The notes beneath the pieces are model-generated. The model was not told the DNA's origin. It worked only from the letters and a program-made list of their open reading frames with translations, and ran no database searches. From NCBI GenBank assembly GCA_044344945.1, contig JBIJBZ010000003.1, forward strand, positions 1 through 53,973: a stretch of DNA of 53,973 nt. The letters are read 5' to 3'. Shown one piece after another: positions 8,709-19,600 of this stretch; the stretch's first letter is position 1; each line of letters begins with the position of its first letter. This stretch comes from Bdellovibrionota bacterium. GTDB taxonomy: Bacteria > Bdellovibrionota_C > UBA2361 > OMII01. A program made the translations under genes and the position numbers.

Positions 8709-9857
8709 CTATTTCTCTAGAACCTCGCGCGCGATAATCATCCGTTGAATTTGATTAGCGCCCTCTACTATCTGCAACATCTTCGCATCTCGCATGAGGC
8801 GCTCTACTGAGTACTCTTTCATGTAGCCAGCGCCTCCTAAGAGTTGTACCGCATCCGTGCAGATCGCCATCGCGGCATCGGTAGCAAAACACTTCGCCAC
8901 TGACGAAGATAGTCTGGCGTGTGTTTCGGGTGAGGGAGTACTTCTTGAAGCATCAATCTCTGCTGCCCCTTTGTGGGTGAGGAGCCGAGCAGCTTCGAGC
9001 TTCTGATACATGTCGGCGATCATGAATTGTAAACCTTGAAACTCTGCCAGGGGATGCCCAAATTGGCGACGTTCCCGGAGGTGTCGGGTTGCGATATCAA
9101 GCGCTGTTACAGAGAGCCCATTTGCGCATGCTGCAATGTTGACCCGTCCTGCAGCTAGCCCTGAAGTTGCCACGCTGAAACCTTTGTGGATCGGTCCCAG
9201 GAGTGCATCGCTCGGCACGAAAGCATCTTCGAAGAAGAGGGATGCAATTGGCGAAAGCTCTGCTCCCATCTTCTTCTCCGGTTTTCCGATCGAGAGTCCA
9301 GGAGTCGAAGCCGGAACGAGAAATGCCGATATCTCAGATCCAGTTTCAGCCTGCGTACGGGCGAACACGAGGTAGAGATCCGCGAAGCCTGCGCTCGTTA
9401 TGTAGCATTTGTTCCCTTTGAGTTTAAATCCACCCTGGGTCTGTGTTGCTTCGGTAGTGAGGGCTCTCGCATCAGAGCCGGCGTTGGGTTCAGTGAGTGC
9501 GAACGCCGCAAGGAATTCGCCAGAGGCGAGTTTCGGTAGGAATCGATTGTGTTGCTCTGCTGTTCCGAAGCGGGTTATGAGTCCGGATACCATTGCATGA
9601 ACTGAGATGAAGATGGCAGGACCGACGTCGAATCGCGCGATCGTTTCAAAGATCGATGCTGTTGTTGAAGCCGAGGCCTCCATGCCACCAAACGCCTCAG
9701 GGATGGCGAGCCCCGCGAGTCCGATCTCGCTTAGCGAAGTGTAGAGAGCTTTTGGCACCGTGTTGTAGTGCGTTTCATTTTGATATTTGGGGATCTCAGA
9801 CGAGCAGAGTCTCTCTACGGTTTCAAGGATCAGTCGTTCTTCATTCGATGGGTTCAT
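8709..9857 (-). CDS. Acyl-CoA dehydrogenase
   Basis: FALTEPNAGSD, GNKCYIT, RRQFG and GGAGY...ERLMRDAKMLQIVEGANQIQR. Start taken at ATG 9857 (track start 9905). Confidence 0.95.
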   Translation of the reverse strand: MNPSNEERLILETVERLCSSEIPKYQNETHYNTVPKALYTSLSEIGLAGLAIPEAFGGMEASASTTASIFETIARFDVGPAIFISVHAMVSGLITRFGTAEQHNRFLPKLASGEFLAAFALTEPNAGSDARALTTEATQTQGGFKLKGNKCYITSAGFADLYLVFARTQAETGSEISAFLVPASTPGLSIGKPEKKMGAELSPIASLFFEDAFVPSDALLGPIHKGFSVATSGLAAGRVNIAACANGLSVTALDIATRHLRERRQFGHPLAEFQGLQFMIADMYQKLEAARLLTHKGAAEIDASRSTPSPETHARLSSSVAKCFATDAAMAICTDAVQLLGGAGYMKEYSVERLMRDAKMLQIVEGANQIQRMIIAREVLEK

Positions 9858-10058
9858 AGCGGCATCGCCTTGCTCCTCTAGTGTAGTAGCGTCGTGTTGA
9901 ATCACTTTATTCTAGCCCATAGTGCCGTTCCCCTGAATAGTGAAATAACGCAGCGTTCTTCAGGGTGTTACCGAACTGCGTGGCTTCAAGGGATTCACTG
10001 GAACGACTAAAGCGGGTTAGTTGCCTCGCCTAATAGCTACAGAGCAGTCTCCGTGGTC

Positions 10059-10628
10059 TTACGGGATGGGCTGCGCTCCAGGGAGAGTGGCGATCGGAGA
10101 GGGAAGGATTATCTCCACGCGCTCCTTGCTGTCTGGAGCGAGCTCCAATCGAATACTTTCGCTGGCATGACTGAGCGCCTCCGCGTGTTTAAAGACAGAC
10201 GTTGCTAGTTCCTCAATCGTATCGAGATAGTCATGCTCGCGCGCGATAGCGTGGGTGTCTTCAGGAAGGGAGCTCCACATTGAGTGAATAAAGGGGTTAA
10301 AGCCTTTGTTTCGATGCAGCTGTTCTCGGCGCTTTGTTACGAGGGCCTTCACATCTACCCAGAAGGTAAAGTCTCTGTGGTCATCAATGCTCTTGCCGTT
10401 TCTCCACAAGAAGACATTCCGTTCGGTCTCCGCGAGGAACCAGAGAGGGGTGGCGCTTTCATGCGGTACGCCGAGCAGGTCGCGCTTTCGAAGTTCGGTT
10501 TCAACCGATTTTAAAACGCCCAACAGGATTGAACCATCGGGTGCTCCCTGAACATTTTTGCACCCGTGGGTGCGCAACTTCTGCGAGGGGTGGTTGATTC
10601 GTGTTTTATTTCGAGTCGGTGAAGTCAT
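10059..10628 (-). CDS. Hypothetical protein
   Basis: 189-aa ATG-initiated ORF with globular composition; no recognised motif. Confidence 0.55.
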   Translation of the reverse strand: MTSPTRNKTRINHPSQKLRTHGCKNVQGAPDGSILLGVLKSVETELRKRDLLGVPHESATPLWFLAETERNVFLWRNGKSIDDHRDFTFWVDVKALVTKRREQLHRNKGFNPFIHSMWSSLPEDTHAIAREHDYLDTIEELATSVFKHAEALSHASESIRLELAPDSKERVEIILPSPIATLPGAQPIP

Positions 10629-11170
10629 TGTTTCTGCTGGCTAAATGGGTACTCCGTCCTAGCATCACACGCGCTGGCTCACTCTCGTTGGTCGTCCCGC
10701 CATCGGTAAGCAATCGCTGGGCCATAAAATTGACGCGCACTAGCATCCATTCCAGCAGGTCACTCGCCTTAGACGAAGAGTTCGCCTTCTCTCTTCAAAT
10801 AACCGGTAGCCGGGAGGTATTTCTGGACCCTGTTGGCACCTATGGACCCCTAATTTTCCTTGTTGTAGAGGCTGGGATGGCGATTAACTGTCTGATATTG
10901 CAGTGTTATTGTCGGTTTTGCCGTGGTCTTTGTCCCTTGATTAGCCGTCCGGAAGTCGCTATCCTTCTACCTGGTCGTCACGACCCTTTTTTCTTTTCGC
11001 ACATATTCTTTCGTCGCTTTTAGACGAGCCAACAATTCGCACACGTAAGCGCCTCTTAGGGCGCCTTTTTGCGGCACCAGGGTGGTGCCGAAACTTTGCT
11101 TGGACGCGCCTATGGCCGTGCCAGGGATGGTATCGGCTCAGCTCCTGGGGATCTAACCACGGTGATTAGT

Positions 11171-11389
11171 ATGAACACTCCTTCTGGAACATTTGATACA
11201 CGGGCAGGCATTGTGGACGTTAATGAGTATGGGAACGATGGGGCATGGGATAACCTCAGCTTCAGCCCGACTACCTCAACAGGCTCGGTACGCGTTGTAC
11301 CCGGTGAAGTGGTTGAGCAACACTCGCTGAGTACTGAGATGCGAGCGATCGCTACCGATTACCACGATTCGATGGCAGCGGCAGCGTAA
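11171..11389 (+). CDS. Small acidic hypothetical protein
   Basis: ATG at 11171 within track ORF 11069..11389; 72 aa ending in AAAA; no recognised family. Confidence 0.4.
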   Translation: MNTPSGTFDTRAGIVDVNEYGNDGAWDNLSFSPTTSTGSVRVVPGEVVEQHSLSTEMRAIATDYHDSMAAAA

Positions 11390-11441
11390 GCGCTTTTTGA
11401 ACTAACGAGAGAAATTCTCGAAATTAAACGGCCTTCGGGGA

Positions 11442-12002
11442 TTAGCTCGGGGGCTGTTTTTTTTTGTCCTTGAACACCGATTCCCGCTGCAGCAACCACC
11501 GCTTCCGTTCAATCCCCCAGTGGTAGCCGCTGAGGGAGCCATCTGAGCACACAACCCGGTGACAGGGGATGAGCACGGCGATCCGGTTTGCCGCGCAGGC
11601 CTGCGCCACGGCCCGATTTGCTCTGGGTCGACCGATTGCTTCCGCTACCGCCTGGTACGACCGTGTCTCGCCGGGTGGAATGCTCTGAAGATACTGCCAG
11701 ACTGAGCGCTGAAAAGGGCTCCCTTGCAGGTGGAGGAGTGGGGCACCCGTTGTAGTGTGTCCAGTGCTGGCTATCTCGATGGCGGTCTCCAGCTGCTTGA
11801 TTACATCAGGAATAGCTGCTCGATGCGCGTTGATGACGGGGCTTGATGGAAACTCTCGTTGTAGGATCCCTTCGGGGTTGTTCAGGGTGTCCTGCAAGGA
11901 GAGGTATCGAATGCCGTGCTTCGAGCCGGCAGCGAGCACCGTTCCAAGCGGGGTGGCTCGTACGGTGTAGTAAACCGGTTCGGCGTCAGCTACGTGAGTC
12001 AT
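11442..12002 (-). CDS. ogt: Methylated-DNA--protein-cysteine S-methyltransferase
   Basis: GSPFQRSVW, IPPGETRSY, RAVAQAC and active-site PCHRV. Confidence 0.93.
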   Translation of the reverse strand: MTHVADAEPVYYTVRATPLGTVLAAGSKHGIRYLSLQDTLNNPEGILQREFPSSPVINAHRAAIPDVIKQLETAIEIASTGHTTTGAPLLHLQGSPFQRSVWQYLQSIPPGETRSYQAVAEAIGRPRANRAVAQACAANRIAVLIPCHRVVCSDGSLSGYHWGIERKRWLLQRESVFKDKKKQPPS

Positions 12003-12114
12003 CTCTAGTAGCCTAATGTGAATCGATCAAAAGTGCGAGATCTCGCGGTATCATTGCCACCTCTGGCCAAATTTGATTGAACTCTCGAAGCAGCTGCAGT
12101 ACCTTGTTGAGGCC

Positions 12115-13290
12115 ATGTCGGTTGTCGATTCTGCCCCTAAAAAACCTGCTCTCAAGGTCTGTCACCTCTCAGACGTTCACCTTGGCTATCGGCGTTACAA
12201 CAAGATTGCGCAGTCGGGGCTCAACCAGCGCGAGGTGGATGTAAACCTGGCTTTTCAGGAAGCCGTCACTAGAATTATCGCAGCGAAACCTGACCTGGTG
12301 ATAATCGCAGGCGATCTTTTCCATTCCGTGCGGCCCTCAAATTCAGTCATTACCTTCTGCTTTAGGCAGCTTCGAAAGCTTGCGCGTGAATCGGGCGCTC
12401 CGATCGTGATCGTCGGTGGAAACCATGAGGCTCCAAAACGTGTCGACACCGGCTCGGTATTGCAGCTCTTTTGCGAGATAGACGGGGTGCATGTCGCTGA
12501 CAGTGCGTTGCAGGTCTTTACCTTTCCAGAGAAGAGCGTCTCGGTAACGTGTCTTCCACATGCGGCAATCCTCAATCTTGAAGGGGTGAAGCTGCGGGCA
12601 GATGATCGCTTCGCGCACAATATACTGGTTGCTCATGCGCAGGTAAACGAGCGGTGGGTAAGCGATTTTGGTGGAGCTGAGGTCGAACTAAAGGCGCTGT
12701 CGCCTCACGAGTGGGACTACATCGCGCTTGGGCACGTGCACGTTCAGCGCATCGTTGGACTCAACGCTGTGTATTCGGGTTCGATCGAGCACACCTCGGC
12801 CAATATCTGGGCAGAGGCTAAAGAGTTGAAGGGATTTCTTGAGGTTTCGCTGCCTACGGGGAAGCGAATATTCCATCCGCTGACATCGCCCCGGGAAGTT
12901 GTCGTGCTTGAGCCCGTTGATGCTGCAGGCCTTGAGCCACAAGTATTAATGGAGCGGATCACTGAGCGCACTGAGGGGGTAGCTGGTGGTCTTGATGGTA
13001 AGATTGTTCGGCTTTCGCTTACCGATGTTTCACGTGAGTGTTACAAACACCTCGATCACAAAGCGCTGCGAGCGCTGCGAGCAAAGGCGCTTCATCTCAC
13101 CCTCGATATCACCTTTGCCTCTGTGGCTGGTGATATAAAGGCAGTGGGGCAGGCCGGTAGAGGCCTATTAAAGGATCAGTTGATTGATTTCAGTCAAACC
13201 TGGGAGGTGCCAGGTGTCGCTAAGGATGAAGTGGCAGCGGTGTTAGAGCGGTATCTGAACAAAGTGGAGGCTGCGCATGAAGCTTCGTAG
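12115..13290 (+). CDS. sbcD: SbcD/Mre11-family DNA repair exonuclease
   Basis: Metallophosphoesterase motifs SDVHLG, AGDLF, GNHE, YIALGHVH, YSGS; directly upstream of an SMC ATPase. Confidence 0.92.
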   Translation: MSVVDSAPKKPALKVCHLSDVHLGYRRYNKIAQSGLNQREVDVNLAFQEAVTRIIAAKPDLVIIAGDLFHSVRPSNSVITFCFRQLRKLARESGAPIVIVGGNHEAPKRVDTGSVLQLFCEIDGVHVADSALQVFTFPEKSVSVTCLPHAAILNLEGVKLRADDRFAHNILVAHAQVNERWVSDFGGAEVELKALSPHEWDYIALGHVHVQRIVGLNAVYSGSIEHTSANIWAEAKELKGFLEVSLPTGKRIFHPLTSPREVVVLEPVDAAGLEPQVLMERITERTEGVAGGLDGKIVRLSLTDVSRECYKHLDHKALRALRAKALHLTLDITFASVAGDIKAVGQAGRGLLKDQLIDFSQTWEVPGVAKDEVAAVLERYLNKVEAAHEAS

Positions 13291-15424
13291 CCTCTCGATG
13301 CACCTCTTCCGGCAGCATGTGAATACAACCATTCACTTCCCTGATGGTCTCGTCGGTATTATCGGAACTAATGGTTCGGGGAAGACTACGATCCTTGAGG
13401 CGATCGGATTTGCACTCTTCGGCTCAAAGGCGCTTCGAGGTCGTGTTGAGGATGTTCGCACAAGAACTGCTCCAGCCAAGAGTGGGCGAGGAAAGCGTGA
13501 GCAGGATATGCGCGTAGAGCTTATCCTGGAGCACGATGAGACGGTTTTCAGAATTGAGCGTTCTCTTGTAGATGCCGCGCTCTATGTGGGTGGTCAAGCT
13601 ACCGCTGTGGCTTCGGGCAACCGTGAGGTTTCAGCTCGAATCGGTGCCATCGTTGGCATGTCGCACGATGAGTTCATCGCAACCTACTGCACTGAGCAGA
13701 AGGGATTAGAGTTTTTAAGTGGCAAGAAAGGTGCAACGGAGCGCGAGAAGTTTATCATTCGGATGATGGGCTATCACCGACTGGAGGAGCTGCAAGAACT
13801 GTTACGCTCGGATCGGCGCGACATGCGCTCGGTTTTGCAGGGATACGAGGCGAGCGTTGGTACGCGGGAGGAGCTCGAAGGTCGCCTGACCTCAGAGACG
13901 GAGCAGCTCCGTCACGTGCAAGGCAAACACGCCGAAGCGGTGCAGGCTCTTCTCAAGGTCGAGGGTGAATTTGGGAGTGTGCACGAACGCATGCAGCGAC
14001 TTGAAGATCAACGCACTCGATTCCTCAAGGAGAGGGATGGCGTTCAGGCGTTGCAGGTTCGGGTTGAGGAGCGTGCTAAACGCCAACGTGCAATCGCTGA
14101 CTCTATTGTGCTTGCTGAAGATGAGTTGGTTCGTGCGTTGAAGCCTCTGATCGGTACGCGACCCCTGCAAGAGGTTCTGTCAGAAACAAAGCGTGAGATC
14201 TTGGTGCAACGTGAGCAGGCAGAAGCCCTGATACTCGATCTACAACGATCCGAAGTTACATGGCGTGAGGAGATCTCAGGTCTTAACGCTGAACGTGGTA
14301 TGCTTACTCGTCAAGCAGAGCAGCTGTCAAAGAAGATCGAAAAGATGGGCTCCCTCGACTCTCAAGGAGAGTGCCCAACGTGCAATCAGACCCTCGGCGC
14401 ATCGTTTAAGGATGCAAGCGCCCATTTAGCCGACGAGCTGAGGAGGATTCGAGGGCAGATCGCGGAAGTCGCAGAGCGTGAGCGCGCCATCGAAACTCCG
14501 CCCAATACGATAGAGGTGCAGCGCAAGAAGCATCAGGCCTTGACGCAGAACATCGAAAAGCTCTCGGTGAAGCAGCAGGAGCTTCTCAAGTGCCAACAGC
14601 TTGAGGAGCGAATCGTGAGCTTACGGAATGAGCAGCGACTAAACGACGCTGATATTCAGAGCGCTACAGAGAGTCTTGAGCGGGCGCAGGTGAGGCTCGC
14701 CGACATCAAGTTCTCAGAGGATGAGTATCTGCGAGAGAAGGGCGCTCACGATGCCTCGCAGCGCCTTCTTGAGATCGCGCGTTTACAGCGCGTGCGGCTT
14801 GAAGGTGAGCTTAAAACGCACGAGGCTCTCGTGAGCCGCTCGAAAGAGGATCTCGTTAAGTTCGACGATCGTATGGCTGAGCTTGAGAAGCTCCGTCGTG
14901 AGGTGCGGATCTTTGATGAATGCGATCGGATCGTTACTGATTTTCGAAAGTTTGTGAACTCGTCGATCCGGCCCCGTATGGCGGAGCTTGCAAGTGAATA
15001 CCTTACGGATCTTACCGATGGTCGTTATTCAGCCGTTGAACTCGAAGAGGATTTTACACCGACCGTCGTCGAGGATGGTGAACCGAAGCGCGTCATTAGT
15101 GGTGGGGAAGAGGATATCTTAAACCTCTGCATGCGTATCTCGCTGTCGCACATGTTGGCTGAGCGAGCGGGGCAGAATTTCTCGCTCCTAATGCTCGATG
15201 AGGTGTTTGGATCTCTCGACGAGGGGCGAAGGGGTAATGTCTTAGCGCTACTTGAGAAGCTACGACGCCGCTTTGAGCAGATAGTTATTATTACCCACCT
15301 CGACGACATAAAAGATGGGGTTCAGCACCTCATTCAAGTGGAGTATGATGAGGGCTCTGGAAGCGCCAGCGTCGTGAATGCGGCTGAGGCGAGCTTTGAG
15401 TTTGATCTCGCGCTTAATGTCTAA
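13277..15424 (+). CDS. sbcC: SbcC/Rad50-family SMC ATPase
   Basis: Walker A GTNGSGKT, long coiled coil with CPTC zinc hook, signature SGGE, Walker B LDEVFGSLD, ITH. Confidence 0.92.
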   Translation: MKLRSLSMHLFRQHVNTTIHFPDGLVGIIGTNGSGKTTILEAIGFALFGSKALRGRVEDVRTRTAPAKSGRGKREQDMRVELILEHDETVFRIERSLVDAALYVGGQATAVASGNREVSARIGAIVGMSHDEFIATYCTEQKGLEFLSGKKGATEREKFIIRMMGYHRLEELQELLRSDRRDMRSVLQGYEASVGTREELEGRLTSETEQLRHVQGKHAEAVQALLKVEGEFGSVHERMQRLEDQRTRFLKERDGVQALQVRVEERAKRQRAIADSIVLAEDELVRALKPLIGTRPLQEVLSETKREILVQREQAEALILDLQRSEVTWREEISGLNAERGMLTRQAEQLSKKIEKMGSLDSQGECPTCNQTLGASFKDASAHLADELRRIRGQIAEVAERERAIETPPNTIEVQRKKHQALTQNIEKLSVKQQELLKCQQLEERIVSLRNEQRLNDADIQSATESLERAQVRLADIKFSEDEYLREKGAHDASQRLLEIARLQRVRLEGELKTHEALVSRSKEDLVKFDDRMAELEKLRREVRIFDECDRIVTDFRKFVNSSIRPRMAELASEYLTDLTDGRYSAVELEEDFTPTVVEDGEPKRVISGGEEDILNLCMRISLSHMLAERAGQNFSLLMLDEVFGSLDEGRRGNVLALLEKLRRRFEQIVIITHLDDIKDGVQHLIQVEYDEGSGSASVVNAAEASFEFDLALNV

Positions 15425-15436
15425 GGGGAGTGCGCC

Positions 15437-15805
15437 ATGAGTTCTGTTACCAAACCGGTTGGGGGAGATACGATTTTCGGTAAGATTATTCGGAGGGAAA
15501 TCCCGGCCACGGTCGTGTACGAGAGTGAGTCGGTTTTGGCTTTCCGAGACATTAACCCGATGGCCCCAGTCCACGTCGTTATTATCCCGAAAGAGCCGGT
15601 AGAGAGTATCGCCCATGCTGAGCCTCAACACCGAGAGGTGCTAGGGGAGCTGCTCCTCGCGGCAGGAGAGATCGCGCGGCAGGAGGGGCTCGATGCCTCC
15701 GGCTACCGAGTCGTTACGAATATCGGCAACGATGGGGGGCAGACCGTGTTTCACCTGCACCTCCATCTCCTCGGAGGGCGTCAGCTTGGGTGGCCACCGG
15801 GGTGA
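15437..15805 (+). CDS. hinT: Histidine triad (HIT) nucleotide-binding protein
   Basis: TIFGKII, FRDINP and GQTVFHLHLHLLGGR. Confidence 0.93.
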   Translation: MSSVTKPVGGDTIFGKIIRREIPATVVYESESVLAFRDINPMAPVHVVIIPKEPVESIAHAEPQHREVLGELLLAAGEIARQEGLDASGYRVVTNIGNDGGQTVFHLHLHLLGGRQLGWPPG

Positions 15806-15917
15806 TGCGGTGGGTTAGGTCGCGCCTGGGGCTCCGGTGAGGGCGATCTATGTGGTAGCAGCAAGGCCAGAAGCCATATACAATAGGTGGTTAGTACGTT
15901 AACTACCCAGGGTGTGT

Positions 15918-16712
15918 ATGGCTACCGTTCACGAAGAAAACTGCGTCCTCTCCTCTCAAACCGGTAAGGTTCGAACGCTGACCATTAATCGACCCGAGAG
16001 CCTCAATGCGCTCAATCCGGATGTGCTGCAGAGTCTCTCAAACGAGTTTGCCGCGGTCGCTCGCGATGGCTCGGTCCGGGCAGTCGTAATTACCGGCGCA
16101 GGACCAAAAGCATTCGTCGCAGGTGCTGATATCCGCTCCATGGCCGACCTCGGTCCGCGAGCGATTGCAGACTATGTGGAACTCGGGCAGCGCACGATGC
16201 GTCTAATTGAATCATGCGAAGTCCCGGTGATTGCAGCGGTAAACGGCTTCGCTCTGGGTGGTGGTATGGAGCTCGCGCTTGCGTGCGATGTTATCGTGTG
16301 CGCCGAGAGCGCGAAGTTAGGGCAGCCAGAGGTTAATCTTGGCATTATCCCGGGCTTCGGTGGCACGCAGCGGCTCATTCAACGGTGCGGCATCGGACAG
16401 GCGCGGCGGCTTTGCTATACAGGGGAGCTTATCTCTGCGGATGAAGCTCGTATTATTGGACTGGTGGAGAAAGTCATTCCGGATGCAACGCTCATGGAGC
16501 AGGCGCTTGGGATGGCGGAGTTGATAACGCAGAAGGCTCCATTGGCTGTGCGCGGTGCGAAGCGGGTTGTCAACGCAGCGCAAGAGAATGTCCTTCTGTC
16601 GGGTTTGCGGATTGAAGTAGAGGAGTTTCTACGTCTCTTCGGAAGCGCTGATCGAGAAGAGGGGATGACCGCCTTTGTTGAGAAGCGTAAAGCGACATTT
16701 ACGGGTCGATAA
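15918..16712 (+). CDS. Enoyl-CoA hydratase (crotonase)
   Basis: AFVAGADI, ALGGGMELALACD, GQPEVNLGIIPGFGGTQRL with both catalytic Glu. Confidence 0.93.
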   Translation: MATVHEENCVLSSQTGKVRTLTINRPESLNALNPDVLQSLSNEFAAVARDGSVRAVVITGAGPKAFVAGADIRSMADLGPRAIADYVELGQRTMRLIESCEVPVIAAVNGFALGGGMELALACDVIVCAESAKLGQPEVNLGIIPGFGGTQRLIQRCGIGQARRLCYTGELISADEARIIGLVEKVIPDATLMEQALGMAELITQKAPLAVRGAKRVVNAAQENVLLSGLRIEVEEFLRLFGSADREEGMTAFVEKRKATFTGR

Positions 16713-16723
16713 GAGGTTTTACT

Positions 16724-17884
16724 ATGGTGTGGAGAGATAGCATCGCATTCGATCTTTCAGAGGAGGAGAACTTCGCGTGCGACACTGCGCATGCGTTCGC
16801 CGAGAAAGAGGTGGCGCCGCTCGCAGCTAAGATTGATAAGGAGCATTATTTTCCTCGTGAGCTTCTCCCAAAGATGGGGGATCTCGGTTTGATGGGGGCA
16901 ATCGTTCCGCAGGAGTATGGCGGAGCAGGGCTCTCAACGTTAGCGTACGCCTTAATCATCGAGGAACTCTCAGCTGCGTGCGCATCGACGGGAATTATTG
17001 TGAGCGCGCACACCTCGCTCTGTATTACCCCGATCATCGATTACGGAACTGAGGAGCAGAAGCAATATTTTCTGCCCCGTCTTGCATCGGGTAAAGCTCT
17101 TGGGTGCTTTGCTCTCTCGGAGCCGAGCACCGGTAGTGATGCAGCTGCAATCACGACGACCTACAAAAAGGATGGAGACGACTTTATCCTGAACGGGACC
17201 AAGAACTGGATTACCAACGGTCCTGAGGCCGATGTGTGCGTTGTGTTCGCCTCGCAAGATACAAGCAAGGGCAACAAAGGTATTACTGCGTTTGTACACG
17301 ACATGAATCTGCCCGGCATCTCGCGTGGTAAGCGAGAGGACAAGATGGGAATCCGAGGCTCTCCGACCTCAAGTATCATGTACGACAATGTTCGGCTCCC
17401 AAAGAGTGCGCTCCTGTATCAGGAGAATCGGGGCTTTACTGTTGCGATGACAACCCTCAATGGTGGGCGAATTGGCGTTGCGGCACAGGCCGTCGGGATA
17501 GCTCGTGCGGCGTTTGATGATAGTTTTAAGTACTCACAAGAGCGTCGAGCGTTCGGAAAGCAGATCTGTGAGCACCAGTCGATTCAAAACTACTTTGCCG
17601 ACATGGTGTGCCACATTGATAGCGCTCGCTATCTGACCCTCGATGCTGCGAAGCGAAAAGACCGCAAGCAGTCGTACGTGCGTCAGGCCGCCATGGCTAA
17701 ATTATTCGCATCAGAGAGTGCCATGATGTGTGCCGTAAAGGGCATTCAGATCCACGGCGGCTACGGATATGTGACCGATTATCCGGCCGAACGGCACCTC
17801 CGAGATGCAAAAATTACTGAGATTTATGAGGGAACTAGTGAGATTCAGCGTATCCTGATAGCCACACAACTCTTGAAGGAGTAG
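16724..17884 (+). CDS. Short-chain (butyryl-CoA-like) acyl-CoA dehydrogenase
   Basis: FALSEPSTGSD, NGTKNWITN, GGRIGVAAQA, HGGYGY and RDAKITEIYEGTSEIQR. Confidence 0.95.
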   Translation: MVWRDSIAFDLSEEENFACDTAHAFAEKEVAPLAAKIDKEHYFPRELLPKMGDLGLMGAIVPQEYGGAGLSTLAYALIIEELSAACASTGIIVSAHTSLCITPIIDYGTEEQKQYFLPRLASGKALGCFALSEPSTGSDAAAITTTYKKDGDDFILNGTKNWITNGPEADVCVVFASQDTSKGNKGITAFVHDMNLPGISRGKREDKMGIRGSPTSSIMYDNVRLPKSALLYQENRGFTVAMTTLNGGRIGVAAQAVGIARAAFDDSFKYSQERRAFGKQICEHQSIQNYFADMVCHIDSARYLTLDAAKRKDRKQSYVRQAAMAKLFASESAMMCAVKGIQIHGGYGYVTDYPAERHLRDAKITEIYEGTSEIQRILIATQLLKE

Positions 17885-17923
17885 GCTAGGGGGAGATAGC
17901 CCTAATAGCCGCAGTGCAACAGT

Positions 17924-19600
17924 ATGACCGAGTCAAAACCGAAGTCTCCACAAACAAAGCAGAGCGCCTCATACAAGGCGTGGCGTGAGGGTGCCTACGC
18001 TTCTCAGCGTGAGCGCAAGAAAAGCTTTTCGTCGATCAGTTTTCGTGAGCAACCTGAGTTGGTGACGCCCGAAAACGGTGGAGCCGTCGACTATGCGCGT
18101 GATCTCGGTTATCCAGGGGAGTTTCCCTTTACGCGTGGTGTGCAGCCAACGATGTATCGTGGGCGACTCTGGACGATGCGGCAGTTTGCGGGCTTTGGAA
18201 GCCCCGAGGATACCAATCAACGCTTCCAGTACCTGCTCGAACACGGACAGACCGGACTCTCGACCGCCTTTGATATGCCGTCATTAATGGGCTACGACCC
18301 TGACAGTGCTCGATCACTCGGCGAGGTAGGGCGGGAAGGTGTAAGCGTCGCTACGATCCAGGACATGGATATCCTCTTTAGTGGCATCGCGCTCGATCAG
18401 GTCACAACGTCGATGACGATCAACTGCACTGCGACGGTGGCTTTCGCGCTCTACTTTGCGACCGCCAAGAAGCGCAACATCTCTTTTGATAAACTCGGCG
18501 GCACTATTCAGAACGATATGCTCAAGGAGTTTATCGCACAGAAGGAGTGGATCTCGCCGCCTTCGCCATCGGTTAAGCTGGTGTGCGATGTGATTGAGTT
18601 CTGCGCCCAAGAGGCGCCAAAATTTAATCCGGTCAGCATCAGCGGCTACCACATACGAGAGGCGGGAGCGACAGCGGTTCAGGAGCTCGCTTTCACCATC
18701 GCCGATGGCTTGGCCTATGTAGATCACTGCCTCGGGCGTGGGATGAAGATCGACGATTTTGCGCCACGACTCTCGTTCTTCTTCGATGTACACAACGATT
18801 TCTTTGAAGAGATCGCGAAGTTCAGAGCTGCTCGGCGGTTGTGGGCGCGATTGATGCGCGATCGGTACGGTGCAAAGACCGAAGCGGCCTGCAAATTACG
18901 AACACATGCTCAGACAGCTGGAGTGAGCCTCACGGCCCAGCAGCCGGTTAACAACGTAGCGCGAGTGGCGTTGCAGGCTTTGGCTGCGGTGCTGGGCGGT
19001 GTTCAGTCACTACACACAAACAGTATGGATGAAACCCTCTCGCTGCCAACAGAGGACGCTGTGAGAGTTGCGCTCCGAACGCAGCAGATAATCGCTGAAG
19101 AGAGTGGTGTGGGAAATGTAGTCGATCCCCTTGGCGGATCGTACTATATCGAGCGCCTCACCAACGAGATCGAAGCCGAGGCGATGGAGTACATTAAGCA
19201 GATCGATGCGCTCGGTGGGATGTTGCACGCAGTGGAGCTTGGTTTTCCGCAGAAAGAGATCGCTGAAGCCGCCTATCAGTTCCAACTTCAGGTGGATGCG
19301 CAGGAGCAAACGATCGTTGGAGTTAATAAGTATCAGGAGGGGGGAGAGCAAGAGATTCCGACCCTCAAGATTGATCACGCGGTTGAGCATCAGCAGGTCG
19401 AGCGGATACGAGCATTTAAGGCAGGTCGAGATAAGACCAAGCACGCACACTCCCTCCAAGAGGTCGAACGTGCCTGCGTTGAGAATCGAAACGTCGTGCC
19501 GGTACTTATCGATGCTGTTCAGAATGGTGTCACGCTCGGAGAGGTTTCTGATGTGTACCGCAAGGTTTTTGGAATATATTCAGACCCGGGAATGTTATGA
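17924..19600 (+). CDS. icmA: B12-dependent acyl-CoA mutase large subunit (methylmalonyl-CoA mutase family; isobutyryl-CoA-mutase-type residues)
   Basis: [51 protein letters not shown]; Phe and Gln stand where methylmalonyl-CoA mutase has Tyr89 and Arg207. Confidence 0.85.
   Translation: MTESKPKSPQTKQSASYKAWREGAYASQRERKKSFSSISFREQPELVTPENGGAVDYARDLGYPGEFPFTRGVQPTMYRGRLWTMRQFAGFGSPEDTNQRFQYLLEHGQTGLSTAFDMPSLMGYDPDSARSLGEVGREGVSVATIQDMDILFSGIALDQVTTSMTINCTATVAFALYFATAKKRNISFDKLGGTIQNDMLKEFIAQKEWISPPSPSVKLVCDVIEFCAQEAPKFNPVSISGYHIREAGATAVQELAFTIADGLAYVDHCLGRGMKIDDFAPRLSFFFDVHNDFFEEIAKFRAARRLWARLMRDRYGAKTEAACKLRTHAQTAGVSLTAQQPVNNVARVALQALAAVLGGVQSLHTNSMDETLSLPTEDAVRVALRTQQIIAEESGVGNVVDPLGGSYYIERLTNEIEAEAMEYIKQIDALGGMLHAVELGFPQKEIAEAAYQFQLQVDAQEQTIVGVNKYQEGGEQEIPTLKIDHAVEHQQVERIRAFKAGRDKTKHAHSLQEVERACVENRNVVPVLIDAVQNGVTLGEVSDVYRKVFGIYSDPGML

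Noticed and set aside
10601-11023. 140-aa ORF on +, and similar intergenic ORFs at 23669, 44719 and 46122
   Set aside because: Atypical composition, no RBS or recognisable motifs; probably spurious.
11140-11440. tmRNA, suggested by an ORF ending in AAAA
   Set aside because: No tRNA-like 5' or 3' ends are recognisable.
12115-15424. SMC-based defence system (Wadjet/Lamassu-like)
   Set aside because: Motifs, zinc hook and housekeeping context fit ordinary SbcCD; no defence partner genes are present.
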